Source: Octopus sinensis
Taxonomy: Eukaryota
DNA: 64,000 nucleotides
Reading direction: 5' to 3'
Assembly (NCBI RefSeq): GCF_006345805.1
Contig: NC_043015.1
Span: 53,630,001-53,694,000, forward strand
Part shown: piece after piece, positions 28,590-39,821 of the stretch
How positions within the stretch are numbered: position 1 is the stretch's first letter
Layout of the letters: every line of letters starts with the position of its first letter
The notes under the pieces: generated by a model
Seen by the model: the letters and a program-made list of their open reading frames with translations, nothing else
Databases searched by the model: none
What the model was told of the DNA's origin: nothing
Translations under genes and position numbers: made by a program

Positions 28590-29180
28590 AGATAATAGAA
28601 TAGACAACACATAAGAAATTGATAAGCGCAGAAGGAATATAAGAGATGTCACGGCAATACAGCCAGGCTTGTCCATTGGACACATTGCAACAAGTATGGA
28701 CTTGACAGAACAAAAAATTTGGTACAACCACAAACCTGAAGGCATCGTCGAAAATTATAATGCAAAGATCATGTGGGATTTTAATTCAGTGCGACCATGA
28801 GATTGAGAATATGAAGCAGGACATAGTCTTAATTGAGAAAGAAAACAAACTGTGCTGGATCATAGATATAGCAGGCCCAGCTGACAACAAGGTATGCGAC
28901 AAGAAATAAAGAAAAGTCGAGAGTTATGACAGGTTAGCTTGGGAAGTTACGCAGTTGAAGTCGATGAAAAAGGTGGTAGTAACAATTGGGAACAGTGAGA
29001 AAAATCTCAAGAAGTACATGGAACAAATAGGGGCTGCAATAATGGTTGAGCACTTGCAGAAAACAGCACTGCTAGAAACCGCAAGGATACTTCGGAAGAT
29101 GCTCGAAAATTAAGAGTTCTTACCTTAGTTAATACACCGTAGAACATCTCTAGAGTTAGAAGCTGTGCAAAGACAATAAA
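28590..29180 (+). mobile_element. R4/Dong-like retrotransposon 3' end (RLE domain, stop, short 3' UTR, TAA tail)
   Basis: RLVHWTHCNKYGL..WYNHKPEGIVENYNAKIMWDF..QCDHEIENMKQDIVLIEKENKLCWIIDIAGPADNKV..KVESYDRLAWEV..HLQKTALLETARILRKMLEN*. Confidence 0.85.
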
Positions 29181-29201
29181 TAATAATATTAATAATATAA
29201 T

Positions 29202-29758
29202 AAATGCCCTGATGCAGTACCAGGCAGTGGCTCTCATGGCTTCTGATCTTAACTGATTGGAAGTGTTATCATGTACATTGTTTTGTCTTGGTATAAAAGA
29301 TGGGCTACAGCAAATATTCTGCTCAATACCACAGATTTGCTTGTCAGTTGTTTGACCTTAACCAGTTGAGCATTTCCCTTAGTGGCTGACGATATGTGCA
29401 TCTCTGATCACGAGCAGAAGTAGTGGGGGAGCATCATAGCCATGTGTGAGAGGGATTCTTTGGGGTTTGAATAATTCACCTCTGGAAACATGGGTGGTTC
29501 TTTCAACATCCTTAAACAACCCTTATTCAGGGACCTTTTGAGCAGGATGGGCTACTCAACCTGAAGAAAATTCTAACTGGGCCCCACCTGCAAGGTCATG
29601 TGCTGTTTATCTTGATATGAGATCACCATGTCGCGCACATATGGTTGTGATGCATGTGCCTGGTGTACCCTTATCAGACGGGTAGTCATGATGGGTATAT
29701 TGGGCTTCGTATATTTTACCCCAGTGTCACTTTGATGGCATGCACTGCTCTCTCACTC

Positions 29759-29759
<1 letters not shown>
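29202..29759. mobile_element. ~560-bp (TAA)n-embedded element, copy 3
   Basis: Near-identical to copies 1 and 2. Confidence 0.9.
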
Positions 29760-29819
<60 letters not shown>

Positions 29820-29859
29820 TAATAATAATAATAATAATAATAATCATAATAATCATAAG

Positions 29860-30050
29860 AAATGCCCTGATGTAGTACCAGACAGTGGCTCTCATGGCTT
29901 CTGATCTTAACTGATTGGAAGTGTTATCATGTACATTGTTTTGTTTTGGTATAAAAGATAGGCTACAGCAGATATTCTGCTCAACGGCAAAGATTTGCTT
30001 GTCAGTTGTTTGACCTTAACCAGTTGACCATATCCCTTAGTGGCTGACGA
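29860..30050. mobile_element. ~560-bp element, truncated copy 4
   Basis: First ~190 bp only; stops at tagtggctgacga and runs into (GAT)n. Confidence 0.85.
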
Positions 30051-30084
30051 CGATGACGACGATGATGATGATGATGATGATGAT

Positions 30085-30297
30085 AATTTCTAGTTTTGCA
30101 TCAAGGGCAGCCATTTTAGAGAGGAGATGATCCGATTACATTGACCCCAAACTTTAACTAGTACTTATTTTTCGTTTCTGAAAGGACTAAATTCAAAGTC
30201 AACCTCGGCGGAATTTGAACTCAGAACCTGCAGACGGATAAAATGCCCCGAAGCATTTCGCTCAGCCTCTTAACGAATCTCCCAGCTCACCGTCTTA
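30085..30297 (-). mobile_element. SINE family B, degenerate
   Basis: gattacattgacccc..aaagtcaacctcggcggaatttgaactcagaa..ccagctcaccg. Confidence 0.75.
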
Positions 30298-30306
30298 ATA
30301 ATCGTA

Positions 30307-30358
<52 letters not shown>

Positions 30359-30479
30359 AACAACAACAACAATAATGATACTAGGAATAACTTGATCTTC
30401 TAACTTGTTGACTCTTTAGGTCTGTGGGTGAGACTTGGAGTCAACTTGTTCAAATACAAAGCAAAAACCAAGCATAATA

Positions 30480-30634
30480 ATAATAGAATGATGATAATGA
30501 CGGTGATGGTGGTGATGGTGGTGGTTTGAAGATGATGATGATCATGATCATGATCAGGATAATGACGATGACGATGACGGTGATGAGGATGATGTAGACA
30601 ATGACGATGACGATCATGACGGTGATGATGATGG

Positions 30635-30683
<49 letters not shown>

Positions 30684-30687
30684 GATA

Positions 30688-30720
<33 letters not shown>
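30480..30720. repeat. (GAT/GGT)n tract
   Basis: Direct reading. Confidence 0.9.
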
Positions 30721-30721
<1 letters not shown>

Positions 30722-31339
30722 CTATATTTGTTCTATCAGAGCCAAGGATTGAGGACAGACATAAATTGTTAGGGTTAACATATAATAAAAAGATAATAAA
30801 ATAAAAACAAAAGGCTGACATAAACATTAAGTCAGGTAAACAGAACGATACAGAGTGAGATAACATAAAACATCGTGTAAACAACAGAAATAACAGAAGA
30901 AAATTTCAAAACAAAACAACAAAACATCCCAGGACGAGGCCGAGACCTCCTAGGGCTACTGTCAAAAATCTCACTAACTCAAGGCCGGTTCTAACGTTAA
31001 GGCAAGCGCCATTACAACAAATTTTACATTTTACGACAAATTTGTCGGATGTGAGCGCTCTCATGCTAACATCATTTTCATTTTCACATGAAAATTAAAA
31101 ACGTATTTCAGTGTAATACACTCCAGAAGATTTATCACGAAGGACCCCAGACATCAGACAGATAAAATCTAGCAGCTTGCATCTGTCGAAGGAAGGCGAT
31201 GGAAATTCTATACAAATGACTTTCCTACGAGACGGATCCGTCTAATACATGATTGCAACTATTAGACATAACTTTACATGTCGGTAATACTAAGGCAATG
31301 GAGGATCGCTTGTAGAGTGGTTATAAATATGTACATGTA

Positions 31340-31702
31340 GAAGCGCAATGACTCTGTCATTAGGGCAGTGCACTCGTGGTCGTAGGATCGCGGTTTCGAT
31401 TCCCAGATCGGCCGTTGTGAGTGTTCATTGAGTCCTAATACCTAAAGCTCCATGAGGCTCCTGTTGTACTCCACCACGATTTTCTCTCTCTTTCTTTCTG
31501 TTTCTGCTGTACCTGTATTTCAAAGGGCCAGCCTTGTCACACTCTGTGTCACGCTGAATCTCCCCCAAAAGCTACGTTAAGCGTATACACGTCTGTGGAG
31601 TGTTCAGCCACTTGCACGTTAATATCACGAGCTGGCTGTTCCGTTGATCGGATCAACTGGAACCCTCGTCGTCGTAACTGACGGAGTGCCGACGGAGTGC
31701 CA
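31340..31702 (+). mobile_element. Chimeric SINE: family D-type tRNA head with family C body
   Basis: Head gaagcgcaatg..gcagtgcactcgtggtcgtaggatcgcggtttcgattcccaga resembles the 49534-49440 head. Body tgtatttcaaagggccagccttgtcac..gatcggatcaactggaaccctcgtcgtcgtaac matches family C. Confidence 0.8.
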
Positions 31703-31748
31703 CGCGAGGAGGATATATATATATATATATATATAATAAGATAATATA

Positions 31749-32720
31749 TATAATAAGAGTACAATGTATTGAATAAGCCCAGCGATAAACTGTAAAACTA
31801 GGAATGTAGTCTAAAGCATAAGGTGTACAGAGCGGCTGTGAAGAAACAGGATAACAACGTAAGTTGAAGAGACAGCCTGTAGCATAGGTGAGAGGACAAG
31901 TCAACACTGGCGCGAACGTAAGGAGAGAAGTTCGTCAGTGCTATACCGATATGCAAAATCAGAAGGCGAGGGCTAGGTAGATTATATGGATGTTATAATA
32001 TAGATTGCGCCTCGACAGAAGACGTGAACAGAGTAGTAACACCCCTCGCCTCGAAATGTGACGGCTAAAGACAGAAAAAAGAATAAATAAATAAAAGAAA
32101 TGGGTACAAACTACACACATTTTTCTCTCTCCTTGTTTTTTCTCTGTGTCCCTTTCTGTAGAAGAGCGTAGGCTCGAAACGCAAAAGACTTTATCTATTC
32201 CTGTGCGTTATACTAATACATCTGTTTGTTTTCTACACCACCTGTTTTCGTCTTTTGTATTTTTCGTAAACTCTCCTATATATATTGCGTTTCGAGCCTA
32301 CGCTCTTCTACAGAAAGGGACACAGAGAAAAAACAAGGAGAGAGAAAAATGTGTGTAGTTTGTACCCATTTCTTTTATTTATTTATTCTTTTTTCTGTCT
32401 TTAGCCGTCACATTTCGAGGCGAGGGGTGTTACTACTCTGTTCACGTCTTCTGTCGAGGCGCAATCTATATTATAACATCCATATAATCTACCTAGCCCT
32501 CGCCTTCTGATTTTGCATATCGGTATAGCACTGACGAACTTCTCTCCTTACGTTCGCGCCAGTGTTGACTTGTCCTCTCACCTATGCTACAGGCTGTCTC
32601 TTCAACTTACGTTGTTATCCTGTTTCTTCACAGCCGCTCTGTACACCTTATGCTTTAGACTACATTCCTAGTTTTACAGTTTATCGCTGGGCTTATTCAA
32701 TACATTGTACTCTTATTATA
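31749..32720. repeat. Apparently perfect 436-bp inverted repeat (31749-32184 / 32285-32720) with 100-bp spacer; Penelope-like terminal repeat
   Basis: No mismatch found by eye. The ORF track gives identical peptides from 31653-31907(-) and 32562-32798(+). Inner ends carry the gagc-gtag-gctc-gaaac motif. Confidence 0.9.
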
Positions 32721-33162
32721 CGTAAAGGGAGTCTTTCCAAATGGATAGGTTCTACAATTCAAGGATTTTATAAGAATTTCAGGCCTTTCTATCCGTAGAT
32801 TTATCTTATGTAAGGCTTTTCTGAAATGCTACGCTAGTTCGCCTCCAAGTGAAGCATCGACAAAGCATGAGTTGTCCTTACATATCTTCTTTGTTCACTC
32901 CATTCGATGGCATGATTCACTCTTGTATAGCGGACAGCTTTCATTTGCGTCACTCTCTATGCGGGTCTTAGATTTTATCATGGCTTCTTTGTACCCCACG
33001 CTGCGGTTTCCTTGGTTGTACCCAGAGAACTGCATGCAATGTAATGAGAGTTGTATATGTTTCTCCAATTCCGTTGAGTCGCAGTTGTGGGACACGTTTC
33101 TCATCAACCTTATCAAAACCGCTAGTAGGTTATTGCATTTTCTATTATCCACAATTACTGCG

Positions 33163-33201
<39 letters not shown>

Positions 33202-33202
33202 C

Positions 33203-33254
<52 letters not shown>

Positions 33255-33293
33255 GCATATCTGAATGTAAATGTATATATGTATGTATGTATG

Positions 33294-33324
<31 letters not shown>

Positions 33325-33354
33325 GTATATGTATATGTATATGTATGTATATGT

Positions 33355-33810
33355 CAGGTCACTTTCGAGTGCTACTGGTAACATGTAACCCAGTATAACC
33401 TTTTGCATGGTCGGGTCGTCGGCGACTAAACCGGCAACCCCACCAAGCTTGCTTGGTGAGGAGGGTGTTTATCGGACACCCTGCGGGATGAAAAATAAAA
33501 CCCGTCAAAGGGCGGAGGAACTCTTGAGAGTCAACGGCCATCCAATAAATGTCGTAAGGCTGTATCATGCGCGGGGACATAGAAATAATCGGACTGAATA
33601 CCCGATCGCGCGGTTAAACCATTGGAAGTGAAGGACTCCTAGCCTGTGTTAAGGCATCCTTCTAGGAGAAGGTAACTCAGGTAACTGGGATAACTCCGAC
33701 ATAAAACCTACGGCTCAGTGGTTACCGATGATGTTGACGTGTTCTTCTTTTCGGATTATGGCTGCTGTTGCTTAGTGAGTGGGATTGACTCAGTGCACAG
33801 CCTTTCCTCA
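33355..33810 (+). mobile_element. Probable RTE 5'-UTR-derived non-coding element
   Basis: Abrupt GC-richer block between microsatellites, containing cttgcttggtgaggagggtg and tctaggagaaggtaactc, resembling the RTE 5'-UTR motif ctaggagaagg(a/t)aactc. No ORF. Confidence 0.5.
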
Positions 33811-33919
33811 CTTTAAAAAAATCTTATTGCACAGGCAATGCACGATAACAACATTGATTAAGCTTCGCGCAATGGCCATACTCGATAACAAGGGGGCAGC
33901 CACCATATATGTATGTATG

Positions 33920-34091
33920 TATATATGGAGAATTCACAAAAAAAAACAAAAGACGAAGACAGGTGGTGTAGACAACGAACAGACGTATTAGTTTAACGCC
34001 TGGGAAGGGAAAAATTCTTTAACGTTTCGAGCCTACGCTCTTCCACTGAAAGGAACACAGATAGAAACAAGGAGAGAAAATAAAGAGAGAA
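33920..34091 (-). mobile_element. Diverged solo copy of the Penelope-like terminal segment
   Basis: Reverse complement aligns with 32120-32284 (ccttgtttc..gaagagcgtaggctcgaaacg..ctaatac.tctgtt.gtt.tctacaccacctgt.ttcgtcttttgt). Confidence 0.8.
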
Positions 34092-34443
34092 GATAATATA
34101 TGTTTGTATTGAGTAGGTGCACAATTATTACGGCTTTTTTTTTCAGCGAATTTTATTCAAGAAAAACAATAACAATATTTAACAAAAACATCTTTAAATG
34201 AGAGTCTGACCGTCTGCCAAGCAAATGAGTAGCAGTAATTGAAGTAGATGATGAACACGCTCCGCAATAATCATTTAAATATGCTTTTGTTACATGTTGT
34301 TATTGTTTTTGTTGAATAGAATTTGTTGAAAAATAGCCGCAATAATTATGCACCAACACTATATGTATCAGATTAAGTACATAAATGTGGAACAAGGTGG
34401 GAAAGATAGTACTCGAATACTGGAGATAGAGCAATATGCTTTA

Positions 34444-34600
34444 TTATTAAAGTTGCAAAAACATCACAAATATATCACAAAAACTACTACTCAGAGTTTC
34501 ACGTTCTCGTTCTCAACCAAAACTGTCCGACAAATGGGAATGTGAAAATCTGTAGCAGATTTTTCCAAGTATTTTTGTGATTTATTTGCGGCTTTAATAA
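34444..34600. mobile_element. Short degenerate foldback element
   Basis: ttattaaagttgcaaa..atcacaaaaa..cagagtttcacgttctcgtt pairs with aatgggaatgtgaaaatctg..tttttgtgat..tgcggctttaataa. Confidence 0.6.
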
Positions 34601-34651
34601 CAACGTATAAATGTATGCATGTATATATGTACATATGTATGTATAGAGAAG

Positions 34652-34712
<61 letters not shown>

Positions 34713-35399
34713 TTATTGACGATGCGTTAATTAATCAATATGTCAATTCTCGCTTGAATATTGGGTAAACCCGCTGAGTTTAGAATTATTTAACGTATTA
34801 CATAACCTCGTGTATCTGTGCCTACTGCATGCCTGGCTGCACCATGTATATGTCGCAATAAAAATTCCTAATGAAACAACTGTAGCAGTACCAGATAACC
34901 TATTCGACTTTTTCTATTACATACACCCATATTTATACATTCTCGTATACATTCATACGTATGCTTATACGCAACTACGCACAAAAACGTATATATGTGC
35001 ACGATTGCACGCCTTTATGTACACATTTATGAGAATCACATTTTAAAAATAAATCAAAACTTTTAACTGATATGATATGATGTCGATTTGAAATTTATTA
35101 AAAAAAAATGGCTTCCAACAAACAAGGAAGATATTATACGTTAAAATGTTTAAAAAACTGTAATTGTTTTAGGAGAAGCAAAAGTCCCTGTGCGTAAATG
35201 TTCCACTGTCTGATAAGCTATCCATTTATCATAGACAGAAAATTAATTTTAATAGCGTTGTGATAGAACGAATATTATTATGGTAAATGTTCGCTACAAA
35301 TAAAAACCATTTTCTTTTCCCTCCTTTATTACTGTAATGTCTGCCCCGGAAATGTTTATTTCATTTAATTACATTTTTATTCCTTTCTCTGTCTTTCGC

Positions 35400-35592
35400 A
35401 CATTTTCTCTCTTTCTCCTTCTCCCTCTCACGCTCTCTTTCGCTCCCTCTCTCTCTTTCTTTTTATCTTCCCCTCTCTCTCTTTCTCTCCCTCTCTCTCT
35501 TTCTAACTGTATATTCATATGCACATATATAAATATATACTAAATCTATATATATACAAACATACATATATATATATGTATATTTATATATA

Positions 35593-35644
<52 letters not shown>

Positions 35645-36560
35645 GTTAATATATATGCATATAAAATGCCTACATACATATACATACATACGCAAACACA
35701 CGCATCAACACACTCACGCACATAAACGCATACATACACACATATATAAAATTTCATTTTCCGCCACCATTTGCATTCGCTGTCTGTATCTCTCTCTCTC
35801 TCTGTGTTTCTTTATCTCGTTTGCTCGAGTTTTCTCTGCCTCAACATTTAACCCATGTCACATCCTCCTTCTCCATCTTGATTTCCCTCTCTTTCTCCCC
35901 ATCTTTAAATCTTCTCTTTCGTTTCTACAACTCGTTCTCTTGTGATATTTCGAGATTTCATTTTCTTTCTCTCTCTCTCACCCATGTCTCTCTGTCTTCC
36001 TTTCTCTCTCTCACCCCTGTCTATTCGTCTTCCTCTCTCTCTCTCTCTCACCCCTGTCTCTGTCTTCCTCTTACTCTCTCTCTCTCACCCTGTCTTTCTG
36101 CCTTTCTCTTTCTCTTTCTCCCGGTCTCTCTGTCTTCCTTTCTCTCTCTCACCCTGTCTGTTCGTCTTCCTCTCTCTCTCTCTCACTCACCCCTGTCTCT
36201 GTCTTCCTCTTACTCTCTCTCTCACCCCCCGTCTCTCTGTCTTTCTCTCTTTCTCTCCGGTCTCTATGTCTCCCTCTCTCTCTCTGAATCTTTTCTATTT
36301 TTATACATTACTCTGTCTTTCTCTTTCTCTCTCTCCCTCTAACTACTCCTCCCTCGCTTATTTGATCTCTTTTTAAATGTGCGCCATTCCCTATTTTCTC
36401 TCACTTTCACTAATGTCTCCTGCTCTGTCTTTTTAGGATCTTTTGCATCCAATAATTATCACAAATTTAAACCTATTCCTTTCTTTCTCTTTTCTACACG
36501 CTTTATCTTTCTTTCTTCCCCCCTCTCCTTTTCTTCTCTCTCGGTCACAATCTCTTTGTC
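35400..36560. repeat. CT-rich and TA-rich low-complexity tract
   Basis: Direct reading; includes a loose ctctctctcacccctgtct unit. Confidence 0.9.
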
Positions 36561-37164
36561 CCCACCTCCTCTTCTCATTAATAAAACTATAATAGTATAA
36601 TAGAGGCATCAATGACATTAGGGGTCGCTACCTTCACGTTCGTAAAACAAGTCTAGTTTAATGAGACACCGCAAAGTCCAACACTATGTATATAAAGAAT
36701 AAAAAGCTTTGAATGGTACAACAATGCACTATAATACAGACAATGGGCTATATACCTGTGGTAATTGAGCCATCCATTGCCTGATATGATATTTCGGAAT
36801 AATATTCCTTCTTCAGATATTCTTAGATGGAGTCGCTGCTATAATCGGTTTTCTAACGGCTTTTCTTTTTTTATTTTGTGGAAGCGTCTCAGCAGTGACT
36901 ATGTATATATGTCGAGCCTAATAGAAGCAAAGGGGACACGGTCCAGTCGATCTCATTGTCTGTTGGTAGGGATAGAAGAAATATCGCAACGTAGCAAACG
37001 ACTACAGCAATCTCCATTGATCATGTGATTCGCTACTCTGTCAAATCTATAATCGAACATGTTTTGCTAGCTTAACGCGTCGCTCGACAAGGAATGTATA
37101 AATTACTACAACACCTTACCACATTCATGTTGTTATATATACCATTATAACTCTATACGCCTAA

Positions 37165-37388
37165 GGCGGCAAACCGGCAGAGACGTTAGCACGCTATGCG
37201 AAATGCTTAGCGGTATTTCGTCTGTCTTTACGTTGAGTTCAAATTCCGCCTATGTCAACTTTGCCTTTCATCATTTCGGGGTCGATAAATTATGTAACAG
37301 CTGCGCAGTGGGGTCGATCTAATAGATTATTTTCCTCATCCAAGTTTCAGGTCTTGTGCCTATCGTAGAAAAGATTATTATTATTATT
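37165..37388 (+). mobile_element. SINE family B (B2-type tail ending in (ATT)n)
   Basis: ggcggcaaaccggcagagacgttagcacg..gagttcaaattccgcc..caggtcttgtgcctatcgtagaaaagattattatt. Confidence 0.85.
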
Positions 37389-37391
37389 GAA

Positions 37392-38476
37392 GGCGGCGAG
37401 CTGGCAGAAAATTTAACACGCCGGGCGAAATGCGTAGCCGTATTTCGTCAGCCGTTACGTTCTGAGTTCAAATTCCACCGAGGTTGGCTTTGCTTTTCAT
37501 CCTTTCAGGGTCGATTAAATAAGTACCAGTTATGCACTGGAGTCGATATAATCGACTTAATCCGTTTGTGTGTCCTTGTTTGTCCTATCTGTGTTTAGCC
37601 CCTTGTGGGCAGTAAAGAAATAGGTATTTCGTCTATCGCTACGTTCTGAGTTGAAATTCCGCCGAGGTCGACTTTGCCTTTCATCCTTTCGGGGTCGATT
37701 AAATAAGTACCAGTTACGCACTGGGATCGATATAATCGACTTAATCCGTTTGTCTGTCCTTGTTTGTCCCTTCTGTGTTTAGTCCCTTGTGGGTAGTAAA
37801 GAAATAGGTATTTCGTCTATCGCTACGTTCTGAGTTGAAATTCCGCCGAGGTCGACTTTGCCTTTCATCCTTTCGGGGTCGATTAAATAAGTACCAGTTA
37901 CGCACTGGGATCGATATAATCGACTTAATCCGTTTGTCTGTCCTTGTTTGTCCCTTCTGTGTTTAGTCCCTTGTGGGTAGTAAAGAAATAGGTATTTCGT
38001 CTATCGCTACGTTCTGAGTTGAAATTCCGCCGAGGTCGACTTTGCCTTTCATCCTTTCGGGGTCGATTAAATAAGTACCAGTTACGCACTGGGATCGATA
38101 TAATCGACTTAATCCGTTTGTCTGTCCTTGTTTGTCCCTACTGTGTTTAGTCCCTTGTGGGTAGTACAGAAACAGGTATTTCGTCTGTCGCTACGTTCTG
38201 AGTTGAAATTCCGCCGAGGTCGACTTTGCCTTTCATCTGTTCGGGGTCGATAAATTAAGTACCAGTTACGCACTGGGATCGATATAATCGACTTAATCCG
38301 TTTGTCTGTCCTTGTTTGTCCCTACTGTGTTTAGTCCCTTGTGGGTAGTACAGAAACAGGTATTTCGTCTGTCGCTACGTTCTGAGTTCAAATTCCGCCG
38401 AGGTCGACTTTGCCTTTCATCTGTTCGGGGTCGATAAATTAAGTACCAGTTGCGCACTAGGGTTGATATAATCGGC
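37392..38476 (+). mobile_element. SINE family B head followed by a tandem array of 184-bp units (5 full + 1 partial)
   Basis: ggtatttcgtc recurs at 37623, 37807, 37991, 38175 and 38359 (period 184). A single head ggcggcgagctggcagaaa sits at 37392. Confidence 0.95.
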
Positions 38477-38910
38477 ATCTCTTCCTTCGCTTGCTTCATA
38501 TTCTTTAACATTTGTTAGAGAACATAACATTTCCCAGGAAGACGTGGTGTATACAGCGTTTATTCGGCCCGAGTCAAGTGATGTGCTGTTATTCAGAAAT
38601 GACTGTGTCCAGGACAGTATGAACAGCAATGGCGTTGAAAGAAGTTCATTTGAATTAATCGTTTAAGACGGCGGATGTGATGAAACCTTCTGGGAGAGCG
38701 TGAGTGGTAATTGGTTGTAGTGATGGATATATCCCGTCCTGAGAAACGATTTCAGCTAGTTATCTCATGATGTGTGATTATGTTTAATAGAGCTATAGGC
38801 ATTGAGCAAATTCTCATTATTCGCGTGCTTTTTCTACATCCAGAATGTTCCCAGACACACACCTCTAATCCATGGACGCTCGATCTATCTATCTATCTAG
38901 CTAGCTAGCA

Positions 38911-38945
<35 letters not shown>

Positions 38946-39089
38946 CATGCGTGTGTCTTCTTATGTATTTCTTTCTCTCTCTTCACTTCTCTTTCTATTT
39001 GTTTTAGATATATATGTATGCGCATATATATAACTATATATGTACATCTCTGTGCTCGCGTTTATATATGTAAATACATACATACATAC

Positions 39090-39094
39090 GAAAA

Positions 39095-39189
<95 letters not shown>

Positions 39190-39213
39190 TAGATGATAGA
39201 TAGATAGATAGAT

Positions 39214-39287
<74 letters not shown>

Positions 39288-39300
39288 CATATAGATAGAT
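39090..39300. repeat. (TA)n-(GA)n-(GATA)n compound microsatellite
   Basis: Direct reading. Confidence 0.95.
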
Positions 39301-39670
39301 ACTCATAGAAGTAGAAAGAAGGAAAAGAGAGAGTTAGGTAGGTAGAAAGATAAATAAAGAATAAATTTGGGTTTGTTATTGGAAACTAAGCCAGTGCTAC
39401 AGAAGTGGTGTTGAAATTTAGGAAAGCTTACGCGAAAAATCCTGCCTAAACTTGAAACGGTAACATTACTCTAGAACGTGTCTGTAAATATTGGTAGACG
39501 TTTCATATATCATACTGAAGTACCGTAGTTAAAGAAGGTAAAACGTGTCTGTTAATGGTTCTTTCAATTTCGGTGACCGAAAATATCTCAATGAGGATCT
39601 AGGCAAAGAATGAAAAAAAATCTGTAAGAATAAGCGTTCAAAACCTGCGTCTATTTCCTTTATTTCATTC

Positions 39671-39745
39671 CATGTGTGGTAAGAATCTTGCTTCCCAACA
39701 ACATGCTTCCGGGTTCTGTCCTACTGTGTGGTACCTTGGGCGACT
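39671..39745 (+). mobile_element. SINE family A head fragment
   Basis: tgtgtggtaagaatcttgcttcccaacaacatgcttccgggttctgtcctactgtgtggtaccttgggc. Confidence 0.7.
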
Positions 39746-39821
39746 GTTTTGATAGAGGTTTTGGTTGAGTGAAACTAAAAGTAACCTGTCATAGTTTCGG
39801 GCTTTAATAATTCTCAATAAA

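Noticed and set aside
37623-38358. CRISPR-like regular repeat
   Set aside because: Units are contiguous 184-bp copies with no unique spacers, in a eukaryotic SINE context.
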